Shown: in pieces, positions 19,778-29,127 of the stretch
How the letters are laid out: the number at the start of each line of letters is the position of its first letter
Numbering within the stretch: the stretch's first letter is position 1
Assembly: GCA_964346645.1 (NCBI GenBank)
Contig: CAYFVU010000003.1
Location: forward strand, 7,157-71,156
Source: an uncultured Spirochaetaceae bacterium
Lineage (GTDB): Bacteria; Spirochaetota; Spirochaetia; DSM-16054; Sediminispirochaetaceae
Direction of reading: 5' to 3'
DNA length: 64,000 nt
Notes under the pieces: generated by a model
The model's database searches: none
Seen by the model: the letters and a program-made list of their open reading frames with translations, nothing else
Told to the model about the DNA's origin: nothing
Translations under genes and position numbers: made by a program

Positions 19778-20650
19778 TTATGCCCCCCCACGTACGACTT
19801 TCTTCACGTAGACGAACGCGAAGATGAAGAGCCCGAAGACCAGCAGGTAGGCCAGGGCTGATGCGTATCCCATGTCGAAGAAGCGAAAACCAGTTTTATA
19901 GATGAAGAAGTTCACCGTCTCGGTAGCCCGTCCCGGGCCGCCGCCGGTCATCGTCACCACCGCGTCGAACTGCCGGACCGAGAATATCAGCTTCAGCAGC
20001 GTCACCATTACGATGATGGGTCTGAGCATCGGCAGGGTCACGTAGAAAAAGGTCTGAATCCTGTTGGCACCGTCCACCTGCGCCACATCGTAAACCTGTC
20101 TGGGCAGTGAGTCCAGCGCGCCTATGAAGACCAGTCCAATGTAGGGAGACCAGCCCCAGACCTCGGTGACCGCAAGCCAGAAGACCGCCCAGAAGGGATC
20201 TCCCAGCCACACAACCTCGCTGAACCAGGGAAGCATGGTGTCCAAGATCTTGTCTATGATGCCATAGTAGGGGTTGAGCATGAAACGCCAGGAAAAGCCC
20301 TTGAGGGCCGGTGCCATCGCATACGGCAGTATCAGACAGGCCTTGAGGATGGTACTCACGAGGCTCTTCTTCTGCAGGACGAGGGCGATCATCAACCCGA
20401 TGACTACCGAGAGGATCACGGAAACGATGGTGTAATTGACCGTCACCACGACGCTGTTGATGAAGTTCGGATCGTCGAAGGCCCTGAGGTAGTTTCTGAG
20501 ACCCACGAAGTTGCCGGGTGTGGGTCTCTTGTCCAGCTGCCACACACGGAAGCTCGTGACGAACGCCTGCAGAATGGGATAGAGCGTAGTTGCGGCAAGC
20601 ACCGTCACTCCAGGCGCGAGCAGTGACAGTAGTACGGTTCTCTGTTTCAT
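19778..20650 (-). CDS. sugar ABC transporter permease
   Basis: YDVAQVDGANRIQTFFYVTLP signature; multi-TM. Confidence 0.85.
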   Translation of the reverse strand: MKQRTVLLSLLAPGVTVLAATTLYPILQAFVTSFRVWQLDKRPTPGNFVGLRNYLRAFDDPNFINSVVVTVNYTIVSVILSVVIGLMIALVLQKKSLVSTILKACLILPYAMAPALKGFSWRFMLNPYYGIIDKILDTMLPWFSEVVWLGDPFWAVFWLAVTEVWGWSPYIGLVFIGALDSLPRQVYDVAQVDGANRIQTFFYVTLPMLRPIIVMVTLLKLIFSVRQFDAVVTMTGGGPGRATETVNFFIYKTGFRFFDMGYASALAYLLVFGLFIFAFVYVKKVVRGGA

Positions 20651-20737
20651 ACGGATTCCTCTTGCATCGAATTATGCTTAGCGGGGAAGGACAGGGCGGC
20701 GGAGATGAGCCCCGCCGCCCGTTGCTGCCGTTCCGGT

Positions 20738-22112
20738 CTAGTAACCGGCTCTCTCCATTATCTCGCTGACCTCATCCGCGGCCTGGTCGAGGACCTTCTC
20801 CACGTCTTCTCCGGTCGCTGCCTTGTTGACCGCGATGGCGAGGACGTCGGAAACCTCGGGCCACTCGGCGATCTGCGGCATGATCCTGGAAACCTCGAGG
20901 CTTTCAGCCGCGGTCTTGTGCATGCCGTTCCACGCCTCGTTGACCTCAGGATCGTTGAGAATGGCCTTCTGCACTGCCACGTTGGTGGTGGCGTTCGGAT
21001 CATCCTTGGTAGTCACGATCTTCTTCTCGAGATCGGGATTGGTTGCCCACTTTAAGAATTCCCACGCCGCATCCTTGTTGGCCGAATCCTTCATGATGGC
21101 CAGGGGCATGCAGATGGCGTAGGTGGCGCCGCCCTTGCCTTCCCACTCAGGGACGGGAGCAAAGAGCGCATTCTCCACCACCTCAGGCTGAGCATTCTCC
21201 TCGTTGACAAGGTTGGTGTACTGCCACCACCAGCTCAGGGACATGGCGGACTCGCCCTGCGCCATTGACTGGACAGCCTCGTACTCGTTGTAGGTCACGC
21301 CTCCCGGAGGAGCCACTTCCATTTCGGTGAGAAGACGCACGAACCGCTCGGTCGCCTCTACGCCCGCGGCGTTGTTGAAGACGGGCTCCCAGTTGTCGTT
21401 GAAGATCTGGCCGCCGTTGCTCCACAGGTAGGTGATCCACACGAAGAGGTTCTGCCCTGCGTGGCTTGCGTAGGGGTAACTGATACCGAACTGCTCGGTC
21501 TCCTCGGTGATGGTCTTGGCAACGGATTCCAACTCAGCCCAGGTGGAGGGGACCTCAAGGTCCAGCTCGTTCATGAGGTCTTCGCGGTAGAAGAGCAGCT
21601 GGGGATGGCCCCTCCACGGAAAGGCGTAGACCTGTCCGTCCTAGGTACATGCCTGCTGGAAGGCTGGGGGATACTTGTCCATGTCGATTCCAGTGGCATC
21701 GATCCTGTCCTCTATGGGGATGAGGAACTGCTGGATGGACGGGCCCCAGGAGTCCAGGTAGGTGACGATGTCGTAGTTACCGGTCATGCCGACACCCTCG
21801 GAGGTGATCTTCTCGAGGAGAGAGCCGAATGGGGTCATGTCGAACTTCAGCTCTATACCGGTCATCTCGGTGAACTCATCGGAGTACTGCTCCAGCGCCG
21901 TGTTCTTGGCCGCGTTGTTGAGCATCAGATTGAGGGTGGTGCCCTCATAGGGCTTGCCGGACTTCAACCCGTAGGGAAGCTCCTCGGCCATCTCTTCGTC
22001 TGCCTGAGTCTTTTTGGGTCTCTGATGCATCCTGCTGTCCACCTGCGAATACCAGCCCCGCGCTAAGCATCAGCACCAGCATCAACACAGCCAGTCTAAT
22101 GAATTTTCTCAT
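20738..22112 (-). pseudogene. sugar ABC substrate-binding protein gene disrupted by a frameshift and an in-frame TAG
   Basis: Signal peptide MRKFIRLAVLMLVLMLSAGLVFAGG starts at 22112 (AAGGAAG RBS). The reading frame must shift +1 near the CCCAAAAAG run (about 22020-22045) to continue into the SBP-like ORF 21641..22042. That ORF ends at TAG 21641-21643 and continues in the same frame (…QQACT*DGQVYAFPWRG…) into ORF 20738..21574. Confidence 0.7.
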
Positions 22113-22139
22113 CTTTACTTCCTTGAAAAAGTAGAACAT

Positions 22140-22153
22140 TGTATACGTATGCA
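22140..22153. promoter_or_regulatory. candidate LacI-type operator TGTATACGTATGCA
   Basis: 28 nt upstream of the disrupted binding-protein gene start. Same palindrome family. Confidence 0.5.
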
Positions 22154-22374
22154 GATTATTATAGCCTAGCCAGACGAGCTGTAAAGGGTTATTGTGAAAA
22201 TTACACAAAAAGGTTATGACTTTTGTTAGAGAGTACATCGATTAATATCTTTCCATCTGCTCTCCCCGGCCGAATCACCCGGTCAAACAACCGATTTTTC
22301 CTGTTTCATGCCGCGATCCGGCACAACGGGTTCTTCACGCAAGTCCGGCCAGATTCGATACCCAAATTATTTTC

Positions 22375-22403
22375 TTGACTCCTCGGACAGGAGCCCCTAT
22401 TAT
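22375..22403 (+). promoter_or_regulatory. sigma70-like promoter of the LacI-family gene (TTGACT - 17 nt - TATTAT)
   Basis: -35 at 22375-22380, -10 at 22398-22403. The operator palindrome starts at the last base of the -10. Confidence 0.5.
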
Positions 22404-22416
22404 GTTTACGTATACA
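22403..22416. promoter_or_regulatory. candidate LacI-type operator TGTTTACGTATACA (autoregulatory position)
   Basis: Dyad overlapping the -10/transcription-start region, 25 nt upstream of the LacI ATG. Confidence 0.55.
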
Positions 22417-22440
22417 AATTTTGATTCAGACTGGTGAAAC

Positions 22441-23457
22441 ATGGCAAAAAAAAATAACAGAAGAGTATCTTCCCGTGACGTTGCACGCCTTGCCGGAGTG
22501 AGTCAGGCAACCGTCTCCCGGGTGTTCACTCCCGGAAAACAGGTCTCCGAAGACAAGCGCAAGCGCGTGCTCGATGCGGCCTATAACCTCAACTACAAGC
22601 CGAGTGTAATCGCCCGGAGCCTCATCCAGAACTCAACAAAAATCATCGGTATCGTTATTCGCAAATTCGAAAACCTATTCTATGTCCGGGCCCTCGACCT
22701 CTTCTCCCGTAAACTGCAGAGTCTCGGTTACAGCGTCATGCTCTTCGATATCGCGGGAGCCCAGGCAGTCGAGGACACCCTTCCCATCGCCCTGCAGTAC
22801 CAGGTAGACGGCGTCATCATCACCTCTGCAACCCTCTCATCTCCCCTCGTGGAGGAGTGCAGCCGCTTCGACACCCCCGTAGTCCTCTTCAACCGGGTAA
22901 ACGAGGGCGAGAATGTCCACTCGGTCTGTACCGACAACTTGAATGCGGGACGCGAGATCGCCGAATACCTCATCGGCAGGGGCCACCGAAGAATATCCTA
23001 CGTCGCCGGCGAGCGGCACAGCTCGACCAACAGGAATAGGGAGCAGGGTTTCACAAATCGACTCTCCGAGGAAGGCATCGAGCTCACCTCGAAAGCCGAG
23101 GGGGACTTCGAATATCCCTCCGGTCTCGAGGCAGCCCGCGAACTGCTCTCAGCCAAAGAGAGACCCACGGCTGTCTTCTGCTCCAGCGACAACATGGCGA
23201 TGGCCCTGCGCGATGTCGCCGAGCTGGAGTTCCGACTCTCCGTCCCGGACGACCTCTCGATCGTAGGCTTCGACGACATTCCGATGGCTTCGTGGCCTCG
23301 CTATGACCTGACCACCTATCACCAATACACCGACAAGCTCGTGGACAACAGCATCAATGTGCTCTTGGAGGCCCTACAAGATCCGCACATGCCGATCGCG
23401 CATCAGTTCCTCCAGGGACGGCTCATCGAGCGGGGTACGGTAAAGGAGATCTCGTGA
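22441..23457 (+). CDS. LacI-family transcriptional regulator
   Basis: N-terminal HTH (SSRDVARLAGVSQATVSRVFT…YKPSVIARSL) and C-terminal sugar-binding domain (SIVGFDDIPMAS). Confidence 0.9.
   Translation: MAKKNNRRVSSRDVARLAGVSQATVSRVFTPGKQVSEDKRKRVLDAAYNLNYKPSVIARSLIQNSTKIIGIVIRKFENLFYVRALDLFSRKLQSLGYSVMLFDIAGAQAVEDTLPIALQYQVDGVIITSATLSSPLVEECSRFDTPVVLFNRVNEGENVHSVCTDNLNAGREIAEYLIGRGHRRISYVAGERHSSTNRNREQGFTNRLSEEGIELTSKAEGDFEYPSGLEAARELLSAKERPTAVFCSSDNMAMALRDVAELEFRLSVPDDLSIVGFDDIPMASWPRYDLTTYHQYTDKLVDNSINVLLEALQDPHMPIAHQFLQGRLIERGTVKEIS
22446..22454 (+). repeat. A9 homopolymer in codons 3-5 of the LacI-family gene
   Basis: ATG GCA AAA AAA AAT. One of only two A9 runs I can find in the window. 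Confidence 0.9.
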
Positions 23458-24341
23458 TATACGAACACTTTCTGCCGCAGGGGAAAGGCCTTTTTCATCC
23501 GGAATATCCGTATACCCGCATAGCCACGGGTTTTCGTTTTCTCGAAGGCCCTGCGTGGCACCCATACGAGCACCACCTCACCTTCAGCGACATCATAGGG
23601 AACGCACTCTACAGGTGGGCACCGCACACAGGCGTGGAGATGTTACGGCCGAACAGCTATCTCGCAAACGGCAACACCTACGACAGAGAGGGACGCATCC
23701 TGACCTGCGAGCACGGGACCAGCGTAATCAGCAGGACCGAGCACGATGGGACGAGGAACGTCCTCGCCGACTCCTACCAGGGAGTCGAGCTCAACAGCCC
23801 GAACGACATCATCGTGCGGAGGGACGGAACCATCCTCTTTACCGATCCCACCCCTGGGCGAAGCGCACGCATGGGCATCCCCAGGCCTCAACACCTCTCC
23901 TTTACCGGGGTATTCAGCCTCCACCCGGAAACCGGCGAACTCGGCCTCGTCGCCGACGACTTCTCAAAACCCAACGGACTCTGCATGAGCCTCGACGAAC
24001 GCCACCTCTTCGTCAACGACACCGACAGACAGCATATTCGCCGCTTCACTGCGGAGGATGACGGCAGATTCTCCGGCGGCGAGATATGGGCAGAGCTGAT
24101 GACCGATGGCCCCGGTGTAGCGGACGGCATGAAAATAAGCCTCGATGGTTTTCTCTTTTGCAGCGCACCGCGCGGTATCCAGATATTCGACCAAGAGGCT
24201 AATCTCGTCGGCAGGCTCTATACTCCCGAAGTCGCGGCGAATTTTACCTGGGGCGGCCCCGACATGAAGGCCCTCTACCTCACCGCAACTACCAGCCTCT
24301 ACTCGCTGCGGAGCTCCTGCGAAGGCCCCAAGCTCTTTTGA
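23454..24341 (+). CDS. SMP-30/gluconolactonase/LRE-family protein (sugar lactonase-like)
   Basis: Six-bladed-propeller lactonase motifs (NSPNDIIVRRDGTILFTDP, PNGLCMSLDERHLFVNDT). The GTG start overlaps the LacI stop. Confidence 0.8.
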   Translation: MIYEHFLPQGKGLFHPEYPYTRIATGFRFLEGPAWHPYEHHLTFSDIIGNALYRWAPHTGVEMLRPNSYLANGNTYDREGRILTCEHGTSVISRTEHDGTRNVLADSYQGVELNSPNDIIVRRDGTILFTDPTPGRSARMGIPRPQHLSFTGVFSLHPETGELGLVADDFSKPNGLCMSLDERHLFVNDTDRQHIRRFTAEDDGRFSGGEIWAELMTDGPGVADGMKISLDGFLFCSAPRGIQIFDQEANLVGRLYTPEVAANFTWGGPDMKALYLTATTSLYSLRSSCEGPKLF

Positions 24342-24444
24342 TTCGCTGCGCACAGGCAAACTGAAACTCTAGGGCTTTGAGCTCTTTTTCGAACGCCGAC
24401 ACACACCTCATGCCGACACCGGGAGAACCCGGTTGCACGGGGGC

Positions 24445-25797
24445 TCACCTGCGAGTTTGAAAGTAGGCACTGTAAACGAGCTCGAGCGTATCGTCCTCCC
24501 CGACATTTCCCGGAAAGATGACATAGGGCATACCTTCGCAGCGATGCCCCTCGGGGAGCTCGACTGCCGGGACCCCCGGGTGGACCTGACCGAGGACCCT
24601 CACGAACTCAGGGCCGAGCCCGGAGACCAGGATGTCATGCGAGGTAATGCCGCCCTTCGAAACGAGGAAGCCGAGCTCCTCCAGCTTCGCACGTACGACA
24701 TCTACAAGAAACTGCGAGAGAATCTCGCCTGTCTCCAAACGCTCCTGCGCGCTTGCGAAGGTCAGCTCTTCTCTCGGAGTGTAGAGCACCGGAGTCTGCC
24801 CTTCTCGATGAACAGCCGCTATGGAGCCGAGTATCCTCTCCTGCTCTGTGCTTCGTTCATGTGTGCCGGAGAGCACCTTGCCGATGTCGATTTCGAGCCC
24901 CTCGGTCGTCGGATTCTCGAGTAGCGCATAGAGCTGACGCGTGGTCTTGGGCACATGAGATCCGACTACGATCAATCCGCTTTTTCCCCTCAGCTTCACC
25001 TCCTCCTTCTCGAGCAGGCCTCTGTCCGGATTACGGTTAAAGGATTTCACGAAGGATGAGGAGGTGTGGAAGAGAAAGTGCTTCCCCTCCTCTACGGCTC
25101 GTCTGGCCGCAGCGGTAAACCTGTCGAGATCCTCGTATGAGCTGCAGTTGACCACCACGTAGCGCTCGGACTCGAGTCCCTCGAGAAACTCCTCGAGTGC
25201 GCTGCCGTCGTTGTCCCTGAGGAGCTCGAGGGGGATGCCTGCGACATCCTCTGCGTGCACCCTCCCATTGGTCTTCTCTTCTATGTAGTTCGGTAAATAG
25301 GAATCTCGATAGGAAAACACCGAGTCACGGGCAAACTCCGAGTCGGAGGTCTTCTTCTCCCTTCCCTCCTCGAGGAGATAATGGGTGTCGCCGTAGGTGT
25401 ATCTTCCCGCCTCGAAAAATGCGGGAATGACGAAGACCGCATCGTAGCGGCCCTCCCGGCCGCAGGCTTCCAGAGTCTCACGAATCGCATCTATCTCGAG
25501 GGGAAAGTGGCCCCTCAGCGTGGAATCGGATCTCCCGACGAAGATCGGCCGGATCTCTCCACCCTTCCTCTCATTCAGCGCCGAGCAGACCGCTTCTACC
25601 GCTCCCCGTATCTGCTCCCTCGCCTTCTCCGGTTCCAGGGCCCTCGTGTTGGTGAGGATGTAGAAGAAGTCCGTCTCGTCGTCTAAGGCGGTACGGATGG
25701 TGGACTTCTTCCAATCGGTTACGGCGAGACAGCCGTGCACCGTCTGTATACCCGTGGGATCGTCGTCGAGTATGATAGTTTTGAATTTTGTATGCAT
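24445..25797 (-). CDS. four-carbon acid sugar kinase family protein (DUF1537)
   Basis: N-terminus MHTKFKTIILDDDPTGIQTV and C-terminal nucleotide-binding half (…LVSKGGITSHD…VIFPGNVG) are typical of DUF1537 kinases. The longer ORF start at 25836 adds a hydrophobic, non-homologous extension. Confidence 0.8.
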   Translation of the reverse strand: MHTKFKTIILDDDPTGIQTVHGCLAVTDWKKSTIRTALDDETDFFYILTNTRALEPEKAREQIRGAVEAVCSALNERKGGEIRPIFVGRSDSTLRGHFPLEIDAIRETLEACGREGRYDAVFVIPAFFEAGRYTYGDTHYLLEEGREKKTSDSEFARDSVFSYRDSYLPNYIEEKTNGRVHAEDVAGIPLELLRDNDGSALEEFLEGLESERYVVVNCSSYEDLDRFTAAARRAVEEGKHFLFHTSSSFVKSFNRNPDRGLLEKEEVKLRGKSGLIVVGSHVPKTTRQLYALLENPTTEGLEIDIGKVLSGTHERSTEQERILGSIAAVHREGQTPVLYTPREELTFASAQERLETGEILSQFLVDVVRAKLEELGFLVSKGGITSHDILVSGLGPEFVRVLGQVHPGVPAVELPEGHRCEGMPYVIFPGNVGEDDTLELVYSAYFQTRR

Positions 25798-25812
25798 ATT
25801 GGCGATTATACA
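25798..25812 (-). promoter_or_regulatory. possible -10 element (TGTATAAT) 7 nt upstream of the kinase ATG; leaderless-mRNA candidate
   Basis: Minus-strand sequence is TGTATAATCGCCAATATG. No Shine-Dalgarno lies between the -10 and the ATG. Confidence 0.3.
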
Positions 25813-25940
25813 AAAAAGGCGGAAGATGAAAAACACCTACCGCCCTTAGAGACCACGTCTTCTCGAGTCCTCTTCCCGCTCAAAACCGGCGAGAAAGCGC
25901 AAAGGACTTCAAGACCCTGCGAAAGAGCCATGCATCACTA

Positions 25941-26720
25941 TCAGCGATACTCCTTCGTAAAGCTGTCGACCAGCCCTCTTCCGACCTTGCCGAGAGTGAC
26001 TGTGTCCGACATCAGCAGCAGCAGGTTGTAGCCCCGATCGTACTTGGCCTTTGCATCGTCCCAGTCCTTTGCCACGGTGGAGAGGAACTTGTCGGATGCA
26101 TTTACCTTCTCTTCGATCGTCTTGATCGCCTCCTGCACCGCCGGCTGCGAGGGATCCGAGAGGTAGCCGAGGTTGGTTGCGAGGTCCGCAGGGCCGATGA
26201 AGATGCCGTCCACCTCAGGCACCTCGAGGATCTTGTCGAGGTTCTCTACCGCCTCGCCGGTCTCCACGGCAATCATCAGCACGATCTCTTCGTCCGCGCT
26301 CTTGAAATAGTCTATCGACTTGTTGCCGAAGTGAGCGGCCCGCGGGCTGCCGGCTACGCCGCGTATACCCTTCTGCGGGTACTTGACCGCCTTCACCGCG
26401 GCTTCGGCCTCCTCCTTCGTGTTGACGTAGGGAACGAGGAGCCCGTAGGTGCCTGCATCGAGGATTCGCTTGACCTGCACGAAGTCGTTCCACGGCGCAC
26501 GCACGAAAGGCACGGCGGGATAGCCCTGCATCGACTGTATCTGGCTGATGAGGGTCTGAATGTCCCCCGGCGCGTGCTCCATGTCGATCATCAGCACATC
26601 GAATCCCGCCTCGGCGAGAACCTGACTCGTGATGTTGCTCGCCGCCTGTGCCCAAGCGCCGGCCACCTTCTTCTTCTCTTTCAGCAGCTTCTTCGCTGCA
26701 TTGATATGTGTAATCTCCAC
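25941..26720 (-). CDS. HpcH/HpaI-family aldolase (2-keto-3-deoxy-acid aldolase type)
   Basis: DVLMIDMEHAPGD…, VPFVRAPWND…, IFIGPADLATNLG motifs of the HpaI/GarL/RhmA family. GTG start with AAGGAGAG RBS. Confidence 0.8.
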   Translation of the reverse strand: MEITHINAAKKLLKEKKKVAGAWAQAASNITSQVLAEAGFDVLMIDMEHAPGDIQTLISQIQSMQGYPAVPFVRAPWNDFVQVKRILDAGTYGLLVPYVNTKEEAEAAVKAVKYPQKGIRGVAGSPRAAHFGNKSIDYFKSADEEIVLMIAVETGEAVENLDKILEVPEVDGIFIGPADLATNLGYLSDPSQPAVQEAIKTIEEKVNASDKFLSTVAKDWDDAKAKYDRGYNLLLLMSDTVTLGKVGRGLVDSFTKEYR

Positions 26721-26762
26721 GTCTCTCTCCTTTTTAGCGAAAGTTCTTATTCTCGAGAGTTC

Positions 26763-28184
26763 TTACTGGAACAGCACCGGCTCTATGTCGAGCATATTGC
26801 AGACCTCGATCAGCTCGTCTACGTAGGCGCCGGCCACACCGGAGATGTGGTTGGAGCCGTACTCGTCGACGAAGTCGTCGATGTCGAAGCCGACTTTGGC
26901 AAAGAGGGTCGGCAGCTGGTGGGGTCCCCTCGCCTTCACGAAGTCCTCGATGAGGTCGTCGGAGGGCGCAACCGCCTCGCTGGGGATGATCGCCATGTAG
27001 TACTTTCCGTCTTTCCGGTAGAGTCTGGCGAGCTGCATCGGTCCGGGCGCGGCGGTAAAGTAGGTAATGCCTCCCACTCCCGGGCGCACCGACTGCTTGA
27101 TGGTGATCGCCTTCATGTTCTCATCGGGCTCGCCGCTGCGGGCCCCGTACCAGGTGCACATGGCGCCACAGTTCACGCAGTACATGGTGCTGCGCTCATC
27201 GTCTATGTGGCTCACGTCGGCAAAGTAGGTCGGCTTGCCGTCGGATATTATCTTCAGGATCTGCTGGGTGAGTGCGGCGTCGGCGTCGGCCTCACAGGCC
27301 ATCACGATGCCGTCCTTCTTTCCCTCCTCTGCGTCGTAGTCGCTCGGCAGGAGCGCCGCGGTCATGCACTGCGGCGCATAGTGGTGGGAGAGCTCGGTCA
27401 TGCACTTTATGGCGGTGAACTCGAGATTGTAATCCTTGATGATGTCCTTGGTGGCGAGGTAGCAGGCAATCTGGAAGTCGAAACCGTCCTTGGTCAGACG
27501 GTCCTCGTTGTATTGCACCTCCTTCACGCTGCCCTCGATCCACTCTCGCATCTTCTTGACCCGTGCGGGATCCATCTCCTCGGCCCGCCGCACGATCTCG
27601 ACCTGATCGATGTGCTCGGCGTCGACGCCGAACTTCTTGCGCCACTGCATCGGGTCGAACTGGGCGGTGTCTATGCCGATCGATCGGCCGCCGAAATAAC
27701 CGAAGACGCTTCCCTGCAGCTGCGACTTCACCTGCGCCGCGCGGATGTAGGGCATCATCTTGGCCCCGAGATCGGGACTGTCGTAGTCTATGCGCACCCG
27801 CTTGTGGGGATAACCGATCTGGGCGAGGGCTCCCGAAGTGCCGAAGAAGCCGACATTGCCGTGGGTGGCAGGGTCGCGGTTACCGAGCACGATGGTCGGA
27901 AGATTCATCCGCTGTACGCCGTAGACCGCCAGGTTCGGCGAGGTCCAGCATGGCGTGTGGGCAATGAAGATCTGGGCTCCCTGACGCTTGAGTGTGTCCA
28001 CCGCTTCGGTAATCTGTGCGCGTGTCCTGGAGACTTCCTCGTTGTAGAGGACCTCCACATCGAGCCCCTGCAGTCCCTCTATCGCCTTCCTGTGCCTCGG
28101 CTCGGTGAGGTTCTTGAAGACCTTCTCCCACTCGTTCTTACGATAATCGCCGAAGGTGATTATCGCTACTTTCGCTTTGTCCAT
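26763..28184 (-). CDS. L-fucose/L-arabinose isomerase-family protein
   Basis: 473 aa with FucI/AraA-like core (…FGYFGGRSIGIDTAQFDP…, …MACEADADAALTQ…). GGGAGA RBS. Confidence 0.7.
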   Translation of the reverse strand: MDKAKVAIITFGDYRKNEWEKVFKNLTEPRHRKAIEGLQGLDVEVLYNEEVSRTRAQITEAVDTLKRQGAQIFIAHTPCWTSPNLAVYGVQRMNLPTIVLGNRDPATHGNVGFFGTSGALAQIGYPHKRVRIDYDSPDLGAKMMPYIRAAQVKSQLQGSVFGYFGGRSIGIDTAQFDPMQWRKKFGVDAEHIDQVEIVRRAEEMDPARVKKMREWIEGSVKEVQYNEDRLTKDGFDFQIACYLATKDIIKDYNLEFTAIKCMTELSHHYAPQCMTAALLPSDYDAEEGKKDGIVMACEADADAALTQQILKIISDGKPTYFADVSHIDDERSTMYCVNCGAMCTWYGARSGEPDENMKAITIKQSVRPGVGGITYFTAAPGPMQLARLYRKDGKYYMAIIPSEAVAPSDDLIEDFVKARGPHQLPTLFAKVGFDIDDFVDEYGSNHISGVAGAYVDELIEVCNMLDIEPVLFQ

Positions 28185-28193
28185 AGTATCTCC

Positions 28194-29030
28194 CTATTTC
28201 AGCTCTTTCTTCGCCCGCTGAAGAAGCTCGTAGTCGTCGTCGGTTACGGTTTTGTATCCCGGAGTGGGATAGGCCTGAAATCCGCGTCCGCCGTCGTTGT
28301 AGATCGACTGGCCGAATATGAAGTTGGAATCCTCGGAGGCGAGGAACACCGCGAGGCGTCCACACTCTTCGACGGTTCCGATCCGCCCGATGGGGGTCCT
28401 GCTGAGAATGGTGTTCATCAGCTGATCGTCCGATCCGACCCGCCGCATGAGCTCCGTCTCGATGGGTCCGGGGGCGAGGGCGTTGACCTTGATGTTGTAC
28501 TGCGCGAGCGCCACCGCCTGCACCTTGGTCATCTGCTGAATGGCTCCCTTGCTTGTGGTGTAGACCATCTGGGAGTCGAGTGCGAGGTGAGCGTTGACCG
28601 AGGACATGTTTACGATCGCACCGCCGTCGCCCTGCTTGATCATCTGCCGGGCGGCGAACTGATCGCCGAAGAACATGCCCCGGAGATTCACGTCCATGAT
28701 CTTGTCGTACTGCTCCGGTGTAATGTCGAGGAAATGAGTCTTGTTCGAATCGTTAATACCCGCATTCGCTACGTAGATGTCGAGGCGTCCGTAGAACTCG
28801 ACGGTCTTGTCCACGATCATCTGCAGATCTTCGACATTCGCCACATCGCACTTGATGTAGCGCACATCGCCGCCGGCCTCCTTCAGCTGCTTCTCTGCAG
28901 CCTCGCCGGTTTCCGCGTTTCTTCCCGTGATAACCACCTTCGCGCCTTCGCGTATGTACTCCTTGGCGATGCCGTAGCCGATGCCCTTGGTACCGCCGGT
29001 TATGATCGCCACCTTGTCCTTCAATTTCAT
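28194..29030 (-). CDS. SDR-family oxidoreductase
   Basis: TGGTKGIG cofactor motif, NAG, and YTTSK catalytic YxxxK. Confidence 0.85.
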   Translation of the reverse strand: MKLKDKVAIITGGTKGIGYGIAKEYIREGAKVVITGRNAETGEAAEKQLKEAGGDVRYIKCDVANVEDLQMIVDKTVEFYGRLDIYVANAGINDSNKTHFLDITPEQYDKIMDVNLRGMFFGDQFAARQMIKQGDGGAIVNMSSVNAHLALDSQMVYTTSKGAIQQMTKVQAVALAQYNIKVNALAPGPIETELMRRVGSDDQLMNTILSRTPIGRIGTVEECGRLAVFLASEDSNFIFGQSIYNDGGRGFQAYPTPGYKTVTDDDYELLQRAKKELK

Positions 29031-29127
29031 GCCTTTACCTCTTCCTTTATCCTATCTTCGAAAATGAAAAACCGGGAGGGGCGGATTACGAGACCCGCTC
29101 CTCCCGTGAGTGTGTATGGGGGAAACG

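Noticed and set aside
21641-21643. In-frame TAG in the binding-protein gene as a pyrrolysine or read-through codon, prompted by the MtaA-like URO-D genes nearby
   Set aside because: No pylS/pylT/pylBCD genes or methylamine methyltransferases are in the window. The same gene also has a frameshift. The position looks like a simple Tyr-to-stop change, so pseudogene is the economical reading.
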